Source of the DNA: Torpedo marmorata
Taxonomy: Eukaryota
Assembly (NCBI GenBank): GCA_977017645.1
Contig: OZ360229.1
Span: 95,170,001-95,234,000 of the forward strand
Direction: 5' to 3'
Length of the DNA stretch: 64,000 nucleotides
Shown here piece after piece: positions 13,560 to 27,520 of the stretch (positions are counted from its first letter, which is position 1; each line of letters begins with the position of its first letter). The notes beneath the pieces are model-generated. The model was not told the DNA's origin. It saw only the letters and a list, made by a program, of their open reading frames with translations, and ran no database searches. Both the position numbers and the translations under genes were made by a program.

Positions 13560-13880
13560 AGATCGGAACAATGTTCAGACAAGAGGTGGTAATATTTGCA
13601 ACAAAAGAGTGTCAGACAATTACCATTGCCCAGAAGAGAGTCTAACTGAATATCTTGACTTTCAATGAGTCCCTCACCATCAATGGAACACCATTGGCCA
13701 GAAACTCAAATGGACCAGCCACTTAAATATTATGGCTACAAGAGTAGGTTAGAGACTGGTTATTCCATGGTGAGTGACTCAACTCCTGACACCTACAGGA
13801 GTGCAATGAATAGTCTTTATTTGCCTGGATGAGTGCAACTCCAATAACACTCCATAAGCTCTATGATTCAGGACAAAGCA
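13560..13880 (+). mobile_element. Degenerate LINE RT C-terminal fragment (CR1/L2 group)
   Basis: Residual CCAGAAACTCAAATGGACCAGCCAC...GGCTACAAGAG...TGCCTGGATGAGTGCAACTCC resembles an old chondrichthyan LINE; recognised by eye only. Confidence 0.45.
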
Positions 13881-13884
13881 AAAA

Positions 13885-14300
13885 GGTGGGGAGAGGGGAA
13901 GATGTGACTGGTGGTGGGATCTCATTGTAACTGGCTGAAATGGTGAAGCATGATATCCTGGATTTGGAGACTGGTGGAGTGAAAGATGAGGAGCAAGGGA
14001 ATTACATCTCCATGCTGTCTGGGGGTGGGGGGGGGAGTATTTATTAAGGAAGAGATTGCTAAAATACTGCTGGAAGTGGAGATTGGAGAGGTAATAGATC
14101 CATGATTCATTCCATTCACAGTCTTTGTGCCATGCTGTCTAGTATGAGACACAAATTGCAAGGGAATTGTATCTCCATCCTGTCTGGCGGCGGGGGGGGA
14201 TGACAGTAGATGTGAGGGAAATTGAAGAAATGCACACGAGGGCTCCATTAACTAAACCAGAGAGCTTGCCACATTTCTGGAAGGAGGAGAACATTTCAGA
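13885..14300 (-). mobile_element. Penelope-like ORF fragment
   Basis: Minus-strand peptide DVIPLLLIFHSTSLQIQDIMLHHFSQLQ followed by (D)P..SHIFPSPHL resembles the linker between RT and GIY-YIG in vertebrate Penelope elements. Confidence 0.6.
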
Positions 14301-14559
14301 AGAATTAAAATTATAAATATGTTAACCGGTAGACTGAATATTTGTGAAACTACAACATTGTTGAGCGGCAGGCACACCATGTGATTCTGCTGTCCATCAG
14401 GATTGCAGTATAAACATTAACATAAATACAGAGCACGAGAACATTCATAATTAAAAAAACATTACAGTACTCATGTCATCTCCTTGAATACATCATGATT
14501 TTTTGATAATGTTAAAATTGAGTCAACATATAACCAGAAGCCAATGCAAATAAGCAAGC

Positions 14560-15060
14560 ACAGGGATGATGAATGTTCAGGGCTTGGGGTATGATAGGCC
14601 AGAAGAGTTTTAGATGATCTTGGTCTAGTAGAGAATATAATGAAGGATAGCCAGAAGACAACCTTTAGATAACCAAGATAGAGGAGCTGAGGCAGAAGCA
14701 GAGTTCAGTAATGTTACGCAGTAGGCTTTAATGATGAAGTTCAAAACTCAACTCAGGATCATGTATAACACCAACATTGTGAACAGTCTGATTTTCTTTC
14801 AGGGATGAAAGTGATCTACAAAGAACAAATTTGGCTTCACTCTTCCCAGAATTTTGTTAGAATTTCATCTCACCCAGTACTTGATGTTGAAAAAAACAGT
14901 GACAATTTAGAGACAGTGGATGGTCAAAAGAAATGCTGATGAGGTAAAGCTGGGTGCCATGGGTGTCCACATAGAAACTGCTGCTGTGTTTTTGGACGTG
15001 GTTGCCAAGGAGAGGCATGTAATGAGATCAGAGAGAAGCTTTATATTAGATCTTTATGGG
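14560..15060 (-). mobile_element. Old L2-like LINE fragment
   Basis: Degenerate minus-strand similarity to L2 RT region, e.g. GGTAAAGCTGGGTGCCATGGGTGT as a decayed (Y)ADDTQLY motif. Confidence 0.4.
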
Positions 15061-15304
15061 GCACCAGTGGTATTGGCATACCATTCCATCACAGATGACC
15101 CCCACATTACAGCCACCCCGGCAACAGAAATTCATTCTTACAGACTTCACAAATCATGACCAAAAATTTAAAAACACAAATTTCATTTTTTTCAACTTTT
15201 GCTTCTCAATGTACGCACAGTTGACGTAGCTCCACATTATGGAAAATTGCAATATAGACCAGTTTCTAGGAATTAAACTCCCCCCCCCCCCATAATGCCA
15301 GAGC

Positions 15305-15700
15305 AACTTGTACTTGCATTTACATTGAGAACTTAACATACAATGGCCTTCATGACCTTTTAATTGTTAAATGCAAAAAAAAATTCCAAACTGCAATCAC
15401 TGTTGCATGGAAATACAACAACTATTTTGCACAAAGGAAGCACCCACAAATAATGAGATTAACCACATAACTGATTTTAGTGGGTACCAAGATATTGACC
15501 AGTGTACTGAGGGGAATCCCATAACCTTCCCCAAGTCTACCCTAACACCTATTCCTCTACATTGTCTGAGAAAGCATGTGGGGCTTCAATTTCATGTTGC
15601 TGGTATTGAACAAGTCACATCGATCTCATGCTCCAGTCCCCACTGTGACGCATTAACCCGTGATCTTCTGATTCACAACTGACAGTGATGCCCATCAAAC
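15305..15700 (-). mobile_element. Deu-domain (SacSINE1-like) SINE, degenerate
   Basis: Reverse-complement similarity to the clearer copy at 58400-58798 at both head and tail. Confidence 0.45.
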
Positions 15701-17049
15701 CCCGATCAACACTTTGAAGATAAACCATGATGCCCCACCTCCCCCTCATGAAAAGACAGGTCAGTGACACATGCTCTCTCTGTTCGCACCAGACTTGGAA
15801 AAATAAGCACTTTCACCATTATCACCTCAGTGTTTGAGAGATCTTCCTGAGTTTAAAAATGGTACCAGAAAGCAGAAAAGCAAAGAGATTCATAAGTGTA
15901 TGCAACTTGTGGGTTTGGGGGATGCATAGAAATGCAAGTGGGAGAAGTATCAGGATTAGACGAATTTCATTGGGGTAAATTAAAAGCTTTGAACCCGGGT
16001 ATTACTGAATAGAATTCAAGAGTATGAGAGCGGAAGGGATGGAAGGGTATCAGGGGATTGGCGGGAAGGGAATGATTCAGCTGAGATTTTAAAATGGGAT
16101 CTCAGTCAGTTCTCAGAGCTGAGGCTGGGGAGAACTCTAAAAATAAATAGTCAATATAAAAGTGGAATGCTTGAGGGCACTGGTGCAACAGCAGGGACAG
16201 ACTAATCACCAAGAGTGGGAGACTGTGTGACGAAGACAAGGGGTAGCTCTGGACACAGGCTGATCAGCAAGGCAGCTATATACAATTTTACAGCAACTTA
16301 ACGGAGAGGAATAGAAATAAAGTTTGATGTAATGTCCACCATAGATCCCAGACAGCTGACACTATCAAACGAAAATGATCATGGACTGTGGAGTTGCTGA
16401 GGATTTGAGGTTTTTCCATGACTACGATGAAACTAATTCTTACTTTGTATTTTAGCAGCTATTCTAGTGACTGCAGCTTTTCGAGCTAAATTGAGTCTAT
16501 GGAACCAAGATACAGTGGCCTGGTCCGGTCACGGCAAGGTAGTGAATGAACCGCTAAATGGATGGACAATCCAACCATCAAAAATTCAGTTGGTGGGATA
16601 TCATTCAAGGTTCCCACTCCAGACAGTTAAGCAGGAAATTCCACCCCAGCCAACTTTTTCCAACAATTCACTTTTTTACATCTGCTTCCTGTCCCCTTCA
16701 GCAGTATGATTTCATGTTCCTCAGCATGCCCAGAAGTTACTGCCAAAGTCCTCTGGAACTTGCACACACATCTCAGTTTGCTGAAAGCTGAAAGTGCAAA
16801 ACACCCTGAAGAAATTGTGCTGAGGAGAAATAGGAAGCTGTCATGCAATAAATGTAGCCGCCTATAGTTCAATAGCATGGGTCTCAAAGTTCAATGTTCT
16901 CCTCTGCACCATGTATTGGAACCTGTTGGGAAGAGGTGGGGGGGACGGGGGGGACACAGCAATTGGATAATGCCAGCATTGGCCTGGGTCTGAGTGTCCT
17001 CAATGAATCTATGTTCTGGTGACACCAATGGGCCTAGATTCTCACATAC

Positions 17050-17297
17050 AAAGGTAAAGGTAAAGGTAAAGGTTCCATTATTGTCACGTAATACTACATT
17101 TAGAATGTAACATACATGAAATTCTTTAATTTTTGTCTACCGTAAGGCAGACAGAGGGTCGCTATTTTGTACAGCGCCCCTCACAGAAACCTATAGCACC
17201 TGGTGTTCCTTGGCAGTCTCCCCTCCAAGTACTGACCAGTCCTGTGCCTGCTTAGCTTCCGAGATCAGACAATCCCAGTCGTATTCAGGCTATTGGT
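17050..17297 (-). mobile_element. 5S rRNA-derived SINE (SINE3 type) with (ACCTTT)n tail
   Basis: Minus strand of 17187-17297 reads ...GTCTGATCTCGGAAGCTAAGCAGG...TGGTCAGTACTTGGAGGGGAGACTGCCAAGGAACACCAGGTGCTATAGGTTT, matching 5S rRNA including boxes A and C. It is followed by about 135 nt of non-5S body shared with 27521-27666. Confidence 0.9.
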
Positions 17298-18039
17298 ACA
17301 AGGAATGTGAATGAGCAGAGAACTGCACTGTCACATTAGTAAAGGCTAATGACTTCAGGACAGGAACACAAGAAATAAAAATGAGAAAGATCAATGATCT
17401 AAACAAAGTTTGAACATAATAACCATGCTAGGCAAACTGTTACAGTTTATGATACACCCCAACCTCTTGATTAGGTTCTGGCCTGTAATTCAGTCCAGGG
17501 CTTCTCATCCCACACCATTCTACACTTCCCACCTTAATCACTCAATTATATAACAGCTTGCATCTCATTTTTTTACTCTACATGCAAGTGAACTATCCGG
17601 CCTCCCCAGTCATGAACCCCTCAATTTATAATTTGCCTAACTGCATCCACAAACCATTTTTTTCTGAAACAGTGTTGGCCCCTGTTATACCACCAACACA
17701 CCAGAAAGATCCAACAATTAGCAATGAATCAGATATTTGCATGGATCTACTTCTGAGACACTCAGGAGACTGTAGATGCTGAATGAAATATTTTAGCCAG
17801 AAATGCTGACCATTCTTTTTCTCCCACGAATGCTGTTCCACCGCTGAGTTCTTCAAACAGTTTGTGTTTAGTTATCTTCTTCTGAGACTTTGATATGTGC
17901 AAAATGTCTGATTTTTTTCTTACTTTACAGAAGAATAAATTCCAAGAGCGTTTTGTTGGCAAGAAAATACTTTTGAACTTTGGTCATGAAAGATGACTTT
18001 ATTGGTTGAGGATAATTTGTTTCCCAAGGCACAGTGAAT

Positions 18040-18500
18040 TCCCTCCTCTTCAAATTACGCAATGGGTATCTTTAAGAATCAACCCTGAGCATTGGGGATT
18101 TTAAGATCTAGCCCCAAAACACTCAGTTTAATGGCTCCTCTCACAGCCAGCCCCTCCAACGGCACAATGCAATCCAAGTACTGCAATAGGAATGTCTGCC
18201 TGTGGATCAAATAAAGAGCAGAATCTATACAACACGTTTCATGACCAAAGGAAGTCTAATAGTGTTTTCCTGTCAACAAAGTACTTTTGAAAGTTAGTCT
18301 TTTGTAACACACAAAAAAAAGCTGACATTTTACACATAGCAAGGTCTCCGAAGTAGATAACCTGATCCGTATGAATAGCTGTAGCTGCAATGAATAACTT
18401 AGTCCATTATTTGAAAAGTAAGGATCATGGAACACCGTCTGCGTTGATTTTTATTATGTCAATTGAGGGATAAATATTTCCCTAAGCACTAGGTACACAC
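18040..18500 (-). mobile_element. Deu-domain SINE remnants
   Basis: AAGTACTTTTGAAAGTTAGTC...TTTTACACATAGCAAGGTCTCC is the reverse complement of the Deu-SINE 3' region. Confidence 0.45.
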
Positions 18501-21500
18501 TAGTGCCATGGGATATTCCACAATTATTTGCTCAAGACTCTGGACTTCATTCTTTTACAGAGATCCAACTCTCTTTTACAAGGATACGGAACATCAATGA
18601 TGTCAGTGTGGTAAAAAGTGGCATCTCTGGTTTAGATCTTAAGTGGCCATACCTGAGGAGTGCAAATGCCGAGCTTCCAGAATGTTGGCTGAAATGTTGC
18701 AAAGATGTTTTTGGAGCCCTATTCCCTTGTATTTCACCCATCAACCCCTCCACCTTTTTAACTCCATGGTCATCTGATTGGCCCCATTCACAACAAGGAA
18801 TTACAAGCAAACAACCACATACTCCATGATCCTGAATGAAAAGATATCCCTGGCACTGCTGACACCTGCAAGTTTACGTGGGACTCAGATTGAAAGTGTA
18901 CAAGGAGGCAAATATTTACTAGTAATTCCTGAATTTATAAAAGTTGTATTGCCTCACAATCTTAAAAGTAATTGTTTGAAAACCACACCAATGGAAATGG
19001 TCAATTCTGCACAGAAAGCACCATAAATATCTGTGATCCACATAATTGTAACATTTATTAATATTGTACAAAACATAACAATAATCATAATTTAAAGCAG
19101 GAAACAATCAACCAGGACAGGCAAAGGGAATAGAATTTATACTATCAATTTCAAATTCTGAGCAAGATTGTAAAAGTAAAACTTTAATTCTGCACAGATG
19201 TTTTTTTATCATTTGCACAAAAGATTCCTTTTCTCTCTCTTTCTCTCTCACTTGCACACCAATGCATACTTCTCGCATCGATATATACTCACTTTCACAC
19301 TTTCACACAGATAGCTACACCTAAGTATTTTCATAAATGACATACAAAAACATGCAGATTCACACTCACACACATAAAAAGTGCATACACAAATCACACA
19401 TGTGTGCCTCAGTCCAAAGTAAAATTATACTGGTTATTAAGTTGGGAAAAGAAATATTCAAGGCGAGAAGAAGAAAAAAAGACAATAAAGAGTGAGTGTA
19501 AGATTCAGATAGTGGGGGAATTGAGGAGAGTGGGGAAAGTACTTGGAAAATGAGGTGAGAATAATGCAAATTGGATAACAAGGGGTTAAAAATTGACTGC
19601 ACTTCCTTAGAAAATATCAGCAATTATTGAAATGTGCTCAAGTTGTTAATTATTTGACACAACCATTATTTTGTTTAGGGAGTATACATTTTGATTCTCT
19701 AGACCTTTCCGTCTGTAATTTGCATAAAGTTACAATTATATTGCTGAATTAATTCAGCTTTGGAAGGAAAAATTAATAATAAAATATTGTGCGAATTTTG
19801 AACCAAAAAAAGTTTCCAGGATATGTGGGATAAAATCTCCAGACTGCTAAATTTCCAGCAAAGGCACATTGTTATCTTTTGATACAGTTTGACAAAGGGC
19901 TTTCGGGGTTGACCCCTAGTCTCGGCATGCTGAAAGCACAAAGCCAGCTATTCACACAACCTCAGCTACAGAAGAGCGAGCAAGTTGGACAAGCCTTAAA
20001 AAGAACAAGGATTCAGTGGAAGGGGGAGGGGGCATATTCAGTATAAAGGTCTTTTCTTACACTCTGTATACGTATATGTGCGTACATTTGTATACACGAA
20101 GGTGTTTGTGGATCTTCATGCATGTATGTATGTATGTATGTGCACGTGCCTGTGTGGGTGACAAGCAGAGGTGGAAAAAGGCACAACTTTGAAGAACAAT
20201 CTCTGAAATAAGTTTGTAATTATAAACCTTTAAGCAATTTATTTCCTAAAACTAACACACTACCAGAATATATCAAAACCCTTACAGATTCTTACTTTTT
20301 TCATGAAATTATGAGTCAAACCAAAGAGACCAGAACATGTGCTCAGAAAGACCCCTTCAAATTTAAGAAGTAATCATTTAAATAAGCGCCCCCCTGAAAT
20401 ATTAAGAAACATTAGCCATCCCTCAGCCTGTGTACTGACCTATTGGAGTCCTCGATTCCACAGGTTGCTCTGCTTTTTTTAGTAAACTTCCCCTCTTGCA
20501 TTCTCTCTTCCCATAGAGATTTTTTTTTTTGTTTAGTTCTATTCCTACAAACAATGCGTTTCCTCGGTTAGAGTTCAGTCAGGAAAGGCTACATTTTGTC
20601 AGCTTATCTACACAGAGGGGGCACTATCAATCAGGTGTCCCTCTTGCAAAGTAAAATCCACTCTATATAATCTTCCGGCGAGTTCAGACTACATGGCTTT
20701 GACAGACATATGGGAGAGGGAACAGCGCATGCTCAGACGAACAGTCTGGGCTTGAGCACTTTTAATGCACATTACGTCCTCCCAATGGTAGCTCCTTCTG
20801 CAAGTCCACACCCCCTAGAAGCTAGGAATGTACAAAGTCCAGACAACGCACTACCCAGACAAGCTTCTCGCTCCCTCCCTCCACTTCAACCCCTTCACCA
20901 CCCATCCCCCCTCTGAAGATCAATAAACCTGGAACCACAGCTTGTGACCCATGGGTCAGATTGCCAAATAAGAGGCAAGCTAGATTTTCAGACGAGAACC
21001 TCTGACCACTTTTCACACAGCTCCATTCTAGTTACAGTCGCTCAAAAAAAAACGTACACCAGCTCACAGATATGCATTTTAGTGAGACTGGCGGCAGAAA
21101 GATCCAAGTTTCCCTGGAATCAGGTCATGTGTTCAAATCTCCCTTCTTTTTTCTTTACAGAGGATTTTATTTCTCTGTTTATGGTACTGCAAAAACCTAA
21201 TGCAATATAAACAAAGAACAATACACAGCAAGTGATATACCTGCTGGATGGTGGGATATGCAGAATCATGCAAAGCTGCACTGATTTGTACACATAATGA
21301 AGCACAGGTTAGTCTGTATAAACATTAGTCTAGACATAGCAAACATTTAACTTCTGAAGGAACTTTAACATTTACATGAAAAGGAAAAAGTGGGCAATAT
21401 GAAACAGTAAAGGGGTTAACAGAGCCAGAAATGGCCAAATGGCAAGTTATGCTGCAAACTTCTAGAAATTATATATTGGATAATTACATAAAAGATAAAG

Positions 21501-22098
21501 GAACAAACCAATCAGTCCCAACTGTTCTGTGCTGGTGTTATATGCTACACAATTCTGCCCATCCCTGATACTTCAATTTTGGCTTTCAGCTAAATTTCTA
21601 TTCCCTTTTCCCTCATGTAATCATCTAATTTCCTTTTGAAATTATCCAAGCTATTAATGCATAGGCTGTATTATTCACTACAAAAGGCATATTACCGGCT
21701 GATTTGAATTATTTGTAGGATAATACACAAAGAGTATTGTGTCATGAACAGAACATAGGCAGGACTGCATAATTCACAGGCACATTGTAAACAACTTTGT
21801 GTATTAATTTTACTTGAGAGTTGAGATGTATAATGCTGCAACAGAACAGTTTGACTCAGTGGTATTTTTGTATGTGCACAGGTTGTCTTAACTTATTCTT
21901 ATGCATTCAATTAAGACAATTTTTCCACAGCATATTGTGATACAAACTGAACATGTGATTACAATGCTAGAAACATTGGTAACATGAAACGTTAATGGCA
22001 AATCACTGTATATTATAGGTTTGGCTCTTTTAACCCTCTGCCCAATTAATCCTGATTGCTTAGCCCCCAGTTTGTTCAACCCCTACCCGATAAACCTC

Positions 22099-22456
22099 TG
22101 CTTAACACATTCCCATACGGTGTCTTAAAAAAGCAGCCTCTATCCTCAAGGACCCCCACCACCCAGGCCATGCCCTCTTCACTCTGCTTCCATCGGGAAA
22201 AAGGTACAGGAGCCTAAAGACGAGCACTCAACGGCACAAGGATAGCTTCTTCCCCGCTGCCATCAGATTCCTGAATAATCAATGAACCAAAGACACTGCC
22301 TTACTTTTCGTGCACTATTGTTTATAATTTTTTATAGTAATGTCGTTAGATGATTAATATGAATGTTAATTGCACTATGATGCTGCCGCAAAACACCGAA
22401 TTTCATGACTTGTTCATGACAATAAATTCTGATTCTGATTCTGATTCTGATTCTGA
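22099..22456 (+). mobile_element. Rex1/Babar-like LINE 3' end
   Basis: Closely matches the 3' part of 10607-11441 (AGGCCATGCCCTCTTCACTCTGCT...GGAAAAAGGTACAGGA); ends ATGACAATAAA + (TCTGAT)n. Confidence 0.9.
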
Positions 22457-25254
22457 TACCTGGTTAATACCCTGCTTGATGGACTCCACTGTTACTACTC
22501 AAGAGCTGATTATTCCTTTGCCATTTATTTTTTGTTCATCTCCCTTAACACTTTAACTTTTCCCCAATTAACTCTATGTTAGCCCCTGGCAATTCACCCC
22601 TGCATAGTTAACTCCAAATTATTTAACTCCTTCCTCGCTAGCCCCTCTTAGCTCCTTTTAACTCACTATCCATTCAACCTCCTGGTAAATAAACGATGAA
22701 CATTTGAATGGTTAAACAGGAATGTCTGCAGACGCTGTGAAACCCCTTGGCCATTTAAATTCTCCCTGGCTATTTTATTTCCAATCTACTGAAGTCATTG
22801 TAAGGAAAATCAGGTGTGCTGTGAAACTGGGTGACATCCCAGACACATGTTTTACATCTTGACTCTGTCGACATACAGTACAAATTTTTTTAAGATCTCA
22901 CATGCGCGAGACAAAACAAAAAGTTCTTCATTAAATTTTCTCATGATAAGGTATGAGTTGTTCTTAAAATGTCGGAACCAAACAAACAAATGAAGTTTGA
23001 ACATCAGGGATCTGATAGGTTTAGGATTATATTTGATCTTTGGGTTCTTGTGAAAATTTGTTGCTGTGAATTAGACATAAAGATGCTTAGTAATAACCTC
23101 AGTAAGGTCGAAAGCTGCAAATAACTACAAGTCACATCTTCCAGTCCTCCAGCTATTTGCATGTTGCTTACCTAGTGTCAATTCTGTTGCTTTTCATTGA
23201 CCCAGATCTAATTTCTTGCCACACTGGATTTGGCCTGTTGCTCAGTAACAATTCTGGTTCCCTGCAATATACAGTATATAGATATGAATTACTTCAGCAA
23301 AATAAAAGTCAGCATAAGTACTCATTGGTGAAACATCACTCTGACAAGTGGGAGGAAGAAATAATTTGTTTTTAATACCTTTAAGTGGCTTTCCATGTTT
23401 ACCATGACTTAAATTCCAGTCTTGGATTAGGTTGGTTTGCCAATTCTCCTGGATTGTCTAGGAATCCATGGGAACGAACAATGAAATGCCAAGACATTGT
23501 TGAGAAAATCAGGAAGAAAAATATGAACTAAAATGTTTCCTTCAACTTATTTTGAATACTTTAGTTTGTTAGTTATTAAAGTATTCGAGATGGGGAAAGA
23601 AAATGTGTTTGATTGAAGGTGGGAAGTTATGGGAGGAAAGCTCCAGATCTGTGGCTAGCCAGAGCTGGCAATCATAGTCCAAAGCCCCATGAAAGAGTTC
23701 ACGTTTATGTAAGAGAGTTAACCAAAACATGATACGCACTTAAATAAATCAGTACGCAAAGTTTTATTCCCCCACATAAAATGCCTAAAATAATGTAACA
23801 AGCTTCACTTTTAACTCAGTGGACCACTCCAGTATACTTCACTGCAGTGCCAGCAAATAAAATAATGTAACACTGAGCCACATAAGGAGGCATTCGAGTT
23901 GATGACCTAAAGCTTGGTCATTGTGGGAAGTTTTAGGAGCATCTTAAAGTAAAATAACAGAATGCTTTCTAAAGCAAAAATCTTTGCTTGCTGGCAGTGG
24001 AGTGACTAAATTTGGGGAGTTATTGCCTAATCAGGACCAAATGTGGGTCAATAACCATAGGCCTGATGGAATATAGACAGTTGAGTTCTAGATGACCTCT
24101 AATCTACAGAGAGTAGAATAGGGATTCCAGCCAGGCATACATTGGATTAGTCAAGTTGAGAGGTCAAAGGGACAGGAGGTAGCTTTTTAACTTAATGAGG
24201 TTAAGGTGGTAAATGTTTGTTGAGTTAGAAGGCTTCCTACTACAGTCAATTATGGGATACACACAGTCGCTAGTCAGTGATCAAAGGCAATATTGGTTCC
24301 AACACTACAAAAGTTTTCCGTACAGATTCTTGGAAGAACTAACAGACCAGAGATAATATATGGGAACCTTCGCAGCCTTCATCTGTACATTGGGCAGAGT
24401 CACCGAACTGAAGCATTGGATCCCTCAGGAGAGTTTAACTGCTTCCAGTCGTTCAATTTGATGAAAAAGTTTAAAGTGAAAATCATCTGTCAAATTTAGC
24501 AGGGACCAATTTTCTTCTAATGCACTATTCAAGTCCAAAAGGTTACAAGGTGTTGCTAATTCCATTTGAATGGTAATGCCCTGGCAGGATTCAGATTTCC
24601 TGGAAATCATTACTCATTGTCCAGGTGCAAGTGGGACAAATAAATGGAACACACGTATCTGTGGGAATGGAAAATTGCTCATCAGTGAAATTTAAAGAGA
24701 TAGGAAGTGTTAAAAGGGCAAGTCATGGATTACACAAGCAGCATACAAACTATATACATTGCACAGAATGTTCATGGGATCAAAAATGAAAGTACAGAAG
24801 GTAAATATTTGGCACTGTAATTCACAATCTTCTTTCCCCACTGACCTGTCTTTTCCCCCTTCAACAGTATATGCAATTCTCTGTTGAATGTTGTTATTGA
24901 ATCTGTTTCCATCGAGTTTTCAGACATTCCAAATCACAACTTGCTGCATAAAAATATATTTCCTTGTGTCATTTCTGGTACTTCTGCCAATTCCCTTAAT
25001 TTGTGTGTTTTGGTTACTGGCTGTTCTGCCACTGGGAAATATTTCTCTTTAACCCTTCAAGATACATACATCAAATCTTTCCATGCCCTCTGCTTGAATG
25101 AGAACAACCCCATGTTCCTCGCCCTCTTTACGTGACTTCAGCGCTTCAGATCTGATCCCATTCTAGAGAAATCTGACCAAGGAATCAACATCCTTCCCAA
25201 ACTGTGGTGTTCAGAATTGAATGCAATAATCTAGAAAAGTCTTGATTAATGTTT

Positions 25255-25503
25255 TTTTTAAATTAAAATACTTAAATGAGACATACAGCACGGTAACAGG
25301 CCCTTCCGGCCCACAAGCTCATGCTGCCCAAATACACTAATCAACCTACAATCCTCGTATGTGAGAGGAAACTGGAGCACCCAGGGAAAACACACACAGA
25401 CACGGGGAGAACATACAAACTCCTTACAGACAACACTGGATTCGAACCGGGGTCACTGACTCTATAATAGCGTTGCGCTAACCACTATGCTAACCGTGCC
25501 GCC
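25255..25503 (-). mobile_element. HE1-like SINE
   Basis: Reverse complement of the 35375, 55895 and 61517 copies (GGCGGCACGGTTAGCATAGTGGTTAGCGCAACGC...GGTTCGAATCC). Confidence 0.88.
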
Positions 25504-27520
25504 TACCCCAAAGGCTTTAGAAAGGTTTAGCATATCTTCCTTGTTTCTGCATACTATTCATAGAATGTGGAACAAGGTAATAGGAGCACATAAAAAGGAA
25601 AAAAAGGGAATATGAAGTTAAAAAAATGGAAAGAAGTAAACACATCCAGATTTAAACATTTAACGTTATGTTTCTGTAATCCTGACGTGCATCTTTCAGA
25701 TTCATTATTAAAGAATAATAAATATGAAGAATAATATATATCTTGAGCTAATGAAGTCTTTTGAAGCATTATTACTGTTTCAATATAGGGGAAAACAGCA
25801 GATAGTATGTGCAAAAAGATCTCTCAAAGAAAAATGTAAGAAGGTACAAAATTCAGAAACCCTGTAAAGTCTATCTCACATGCATTCTTTGCAAGTCCAA
25901 ATAGAAGCAGGCATGTCTGAAATATAGGGAAAAGAGTTTCTGAGGCCATCATGGACTTAATGGAAGATGTAGAAGCAGAATGAAACAGTTTGCACCTGCT
26001 AAATTGAGCTCAGGAGGTACAGCACTCCCACTGTCATGGCAAACTGAGCAACACTGACAACTTAAAATAGTGGCTACTGGAGTAATATATTTTTAGTCTC
26101 TGCTGTCTGACAAGTTGCAAATGGAATCCTGCTGAAGAAATAACCAGCATAAGGGGTTAATTGGGCCGTCAGAAAAGCCTATGACATCATGCCTACATAC
26201 ATACCCTCCTTTCAGAGACAGAGCCAAAGGAAAATCTGGCCATATTTTTTGTCATCTGACAGTCTTTTAAGATGGTCAGGTCATGAATCAGCAAATTCTT
26301 CTATTAATTCCTACGCTGATTTCAATCAGCTGAGAGATATTTTCTGGCATATTTTCCCTCTTTGCTTCTGAGGATTTTGCCTCTCCCAGTAGATTAATAG
26401 ATAAGAAGGAGGGGGCAAATTGAGGGATGAGTCAGGTGAGGGAAAGGGCCAACAGTGAGCAAAGAGAGGAAAGGGATGTATTCAGGCAATATGTTCTGGG
26501 CACGAATGTGGTGCAAGCCTGAAGTACCAGATGCTATGTTTCAACTGGTCCAGTTTCTTTGTCTACTCATATCCAGCATCCACACACACAGAAGGGTTCC
26601 CATTGGGTTCCTCATTAATGGCAGGATTGGAATTGTGGATATAAAGTGAGTTTAAACAGTTGACACAAAATCTATTGAGCAGAAGCGAACAACAAGAGTC
26701 AGAAAACCATCTGAGCATTTAACTTGAAAAGTCTCATTATTCCTTAAAATGTATTTTCATTTTCCTTTCAATGGCTAGAATTGAGGGAAAAAGTTATAAC
26801 ATGTAAGAAAATTAAATTGGCCATATATTTAGCACAAGGATCCAAAAAAGCACCAGAGGGACCAGGGTAGCACTCTATTACTGACAGCTAATGAAGGTCC
26901 CAAGTGGAGTTCACTCCCGCAACTGCAGTGATGGACCATTGAGGTTTCTTGAAGGTTAAAACCATTTAGGATTTTGGAAGGTTCCCCTTCCCTAATCTAG
27001 AGTCATGCTACTACATCGGGGCTGTGATCAACTTGTAGCATAAATTGAGAACATGTTTTGTTCTCCTTTGTATCCACACCCACTATTGGCAACTATCCCT
27101 TCAGTCACCTGTCGCTCACCATTTGCATTTCAATCTCCACTTCACCATCTTTTCCTCCAGTGCCCTCCATAAAATCCAATCTTCCTACAAAGGTTTTGAT
27201 CACCCTGTCTAATTGCTCCTTCTATAATTCTCTGTCCATTTAGAAAAATTACATCTCCAGGTTGTTCTGTCAGTGCTAAGAGCACTTCTTTACATGAAAG
27301 CCATCATAGTTGCTGAGCAATTCATTCTAATAACATGACTGAATGCCTATTTCCAGTAATAATTGTTTTTTTTTCATTAATTAACATCTTTTTTATCCTC
27401 TTTTAAAGTGTCAAGGCATCTTGACTGGGACATGTCAAGAAAGAAACCTGGGTGTACAGGAAATGAAGTAGCAGTAGGAACAAGGGAGATATATGAAACA
27501 GAGGATATTGGAAATATATT

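Noticed and set aside
16456-16538. Plus-strand exon candidate (TTTTAG|CAGCTATT...AAG|GTAGTG)
   Set aside because: Weak donor, no recognisable peptide and no supporting neighbouring plus-strand exons.
17187-17297. Functional 5S rRNA gene
   Set aside because: The 5' end is missing, there are many substitutions, it is not in a tandem array, and it is fused to a body and tail shared with a dispersed truncated copy.
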